Below, piece after piece: positions 62,101-64,000 of a stretch of DNA of 64,000 nt. Both the position numbers and the translations under genes were made by a program. The DNA is from Malacoraja senta (taxonomy: Eukaryota). How positions within the stretch are numbered: position 1 is the first letter of the stretch; each line of letters begins with the position of its first letter. A model generated the notes under the pieces. That model had not been told where the DNA came from, ran no database searches, and saw only the letters and a list, made by a program, of their open reading frames with translations. The stretch is taken from positions 1,924,001 to 1,988,000 of the forward strand of contig CM075997.1 in NCBI GenBank assembly GCA_038087875.1, read 5' to 3'.

Positions 62101-63447
62101 GGAAATCTGCGAGCAGGGCTGCGAAAGGTTGCTGGATCTCAGCTACCTCTTCAAGTTGCTGCGGCTTGGCAAGGCGCAGGTCCGACACAGGGATCATTCG
62201 TCCGCCTCGCACATCAACTAACAAGGAGAACGCGCGCAAGAAATCGGCCCCCAGGATCGGTTGGGCAACGTCAGCAACGGTGAACTTCCACCTATACGGG
62301 CGGGAGTCGAAATTTAAGTCCAGGGTCCGCGTACCATAGGTGCGAATGTCGCTCCCATTAACGGCAGAGAGGACGGGTCCTACCTTACCGACGCGAGTAT
62401 CTCGGGCGCTCGGCGGAAGGATACTGGCGATGGCACCGGAGTCCACCAGGAAACGGTGGCCGGAATGGCGATCACGGATGTAGAGGCGTTCGTTTGGGCC
62501 AATCGCCTTCGCCTCTATGGACGATCGGCCGAGGCATTTCCATGAAACGAACAGGGGCTCCGGCATCTTAGGGCTTCGGGGCCGTAGCGCTGATGGTAGT
62601 AGTACCAACGACGTCTGCTGTAGATCACTGGAAGCGGCGATTCCTCCGGCGCTGGGCTGGGCTTGTTCTACCTCCCGCTGTCATCTCTGTTGCACCCGCG
62701 CCGTGACAGGGAAGCGGGTGAAGGCACAAACGTCTCGCCGTCTGTGTGCCCACAATTCGTCAGCTGGGGGTCGCTGAAATCAGCTCCGGCGAGCATCAGC
62801 TTCGTCGGGCATCTGCTCCAGGAAGGCCTGTTTGAAGAGCAGACGTGGGCGGTGCCCGTCCATCAGGGCTAACATGATGGTGGATGGCGCCGTGATGGTG
62901 GATGGCGCCGATCGCCGACACTGTCCATATGTAGTATCTTCGCCGCCCTGTCTCTGCGACTGAGACCGAAAGTGTGGAGCAGGAGGGCTTTCAGACCTTT
63001 TTACTTGGCGATTGTCGGCGGGTCCCGGATGTAAGGCAACAGCCTCGAGGCACAGTCTTGTGGCAAAGCTCCCACCTCATGGAAATACATGGTATCGTCT
63101 GCGTTGATACGGTGCAGGTGAAACTGTGCCTCAACGTGGGCGAACCACACCTGAGGTTGATCGGGCCAAAACGATGGCAATTTGAAGCCCAGCCGATTCT
63201 GCGGGAACATAGTCTTCCTGCATGATCTGCTTGTCTAACGACGGCTAGACAGGTCGGGGTCACCAATTTGGCGGTCGCAAGAACGACAACTGAGTTTTCA
63301 AACGTATTTTTATTCAGAAAATAACTTCTCAGTTTATAGGCTCTCACAACACGTCTGGCCACAACGGTGGTCAGCACTGAACTGCCGCGCGAAAGCAAAA
63401 CCGCGCGAAATCAGGCAGCCCCTCCCGGGTCAATTGACCGCGGCTTC
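59122..63447 (-). mobile_element. Ty3/Gypsy LTR retrotransposon (degenerate gag-PR-RT-RH-IN)
   Basis: LTRs at 59122-59330 and 63267-63447 (5' LTR truncated); PBS TGGTGACCCCGAC (tRNA-Trp) at 63253-63265; G-rich PPT about 59334-59345; FLVDSGA protease, WASPLHMV/YLDD RT, TVDASD/DRELLA RNase H, HHCC and GPY integrase motifs. Confidence 0.94.
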
Positions 63448-64000
63448 ATCATACTCCTCAGATTGTAACCAATAAGCAACTCTGTACACCTTCTTTTTTC
63501 CTCAACTTTTCAATTTTGGCATTGTAAACTACAAGTTTTCGCTCTTCAAACCACGCATGACATGCCTTTCTGCCCATTACTTTCCCACTAAGAATGTCCT
63601 GTAGATTCCATTTCTTCAGAAAAAGATATATTTTTTAAATAGCCTAAGTATCCAAATAACAAACTAATCCCATTCACACAAGAATTCACATGATTTTTAA
63701 ATCTCACTGTCATTAACTTATAGGCCAAATGGAAGGAAATTAATGTTTAATTCCCATAAATTAATCCAGTAACATCCACTCAAAATATAATCAAAATTAT
63801 TGTTTTTTGCACAATACATGTGACTCAAACTGTTGTGAATATTTAGTTTAAAAATAATGATCATGGAGAGAGAATAACACAAAATATAGACAATTTAGAC
63901 TGCTTATGACATGATTGTCCAAAAAAAAAGCATTTTAATCATCTTGCAAGTGGGTAATTCTGGAACACGATCGATTGAAACGTTGCATTTGTGGTGAATT

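Overview
Repeat-rich vertebrate DNA, most likely from a cartilaginous fish (skate or ray), judged from HE1/V-SINE-like tRNA SINEs and CR1/HER1-type LINEs. It contains two paralogous tandem-repeat galectin genes, most similar to galectin-9. Gene A is on the minus strand: ATG at 23533, a TATA plus ISRE/EICE-like promoter at about 23570-23710, and exons 1-6 down to 1711; its C-terminal CRD lies off the left edge. Gene B is on the plus strand: six exons at 40723-50139 ending in TAA; its exons 1-2 were not found and probably fall in the 200-N scaffold gap at 38343-38542. The two paralogues are nearly identical in the non-binding N-CRD exon but strongly diverged in the sugar-binding exon. The rest is transposable elements: a near-full-length CR1 LINE, a DIRS tyrosine-recombinase retroelement with an intact ITR/ICR inverted repeat, a Ty3/Gypsy LTR element with a tRNA-Trp PBS, an L1-clade fragment, two non-autonomous Helitrons, hAT-, Harbinger- and MULE-like MITEs, Rex/Babar fragments, and many Penelope-derived repeats carrying a minimal hammerhead-ribozyme motif. 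All calls were made by eye from the sequence; no database search was run.
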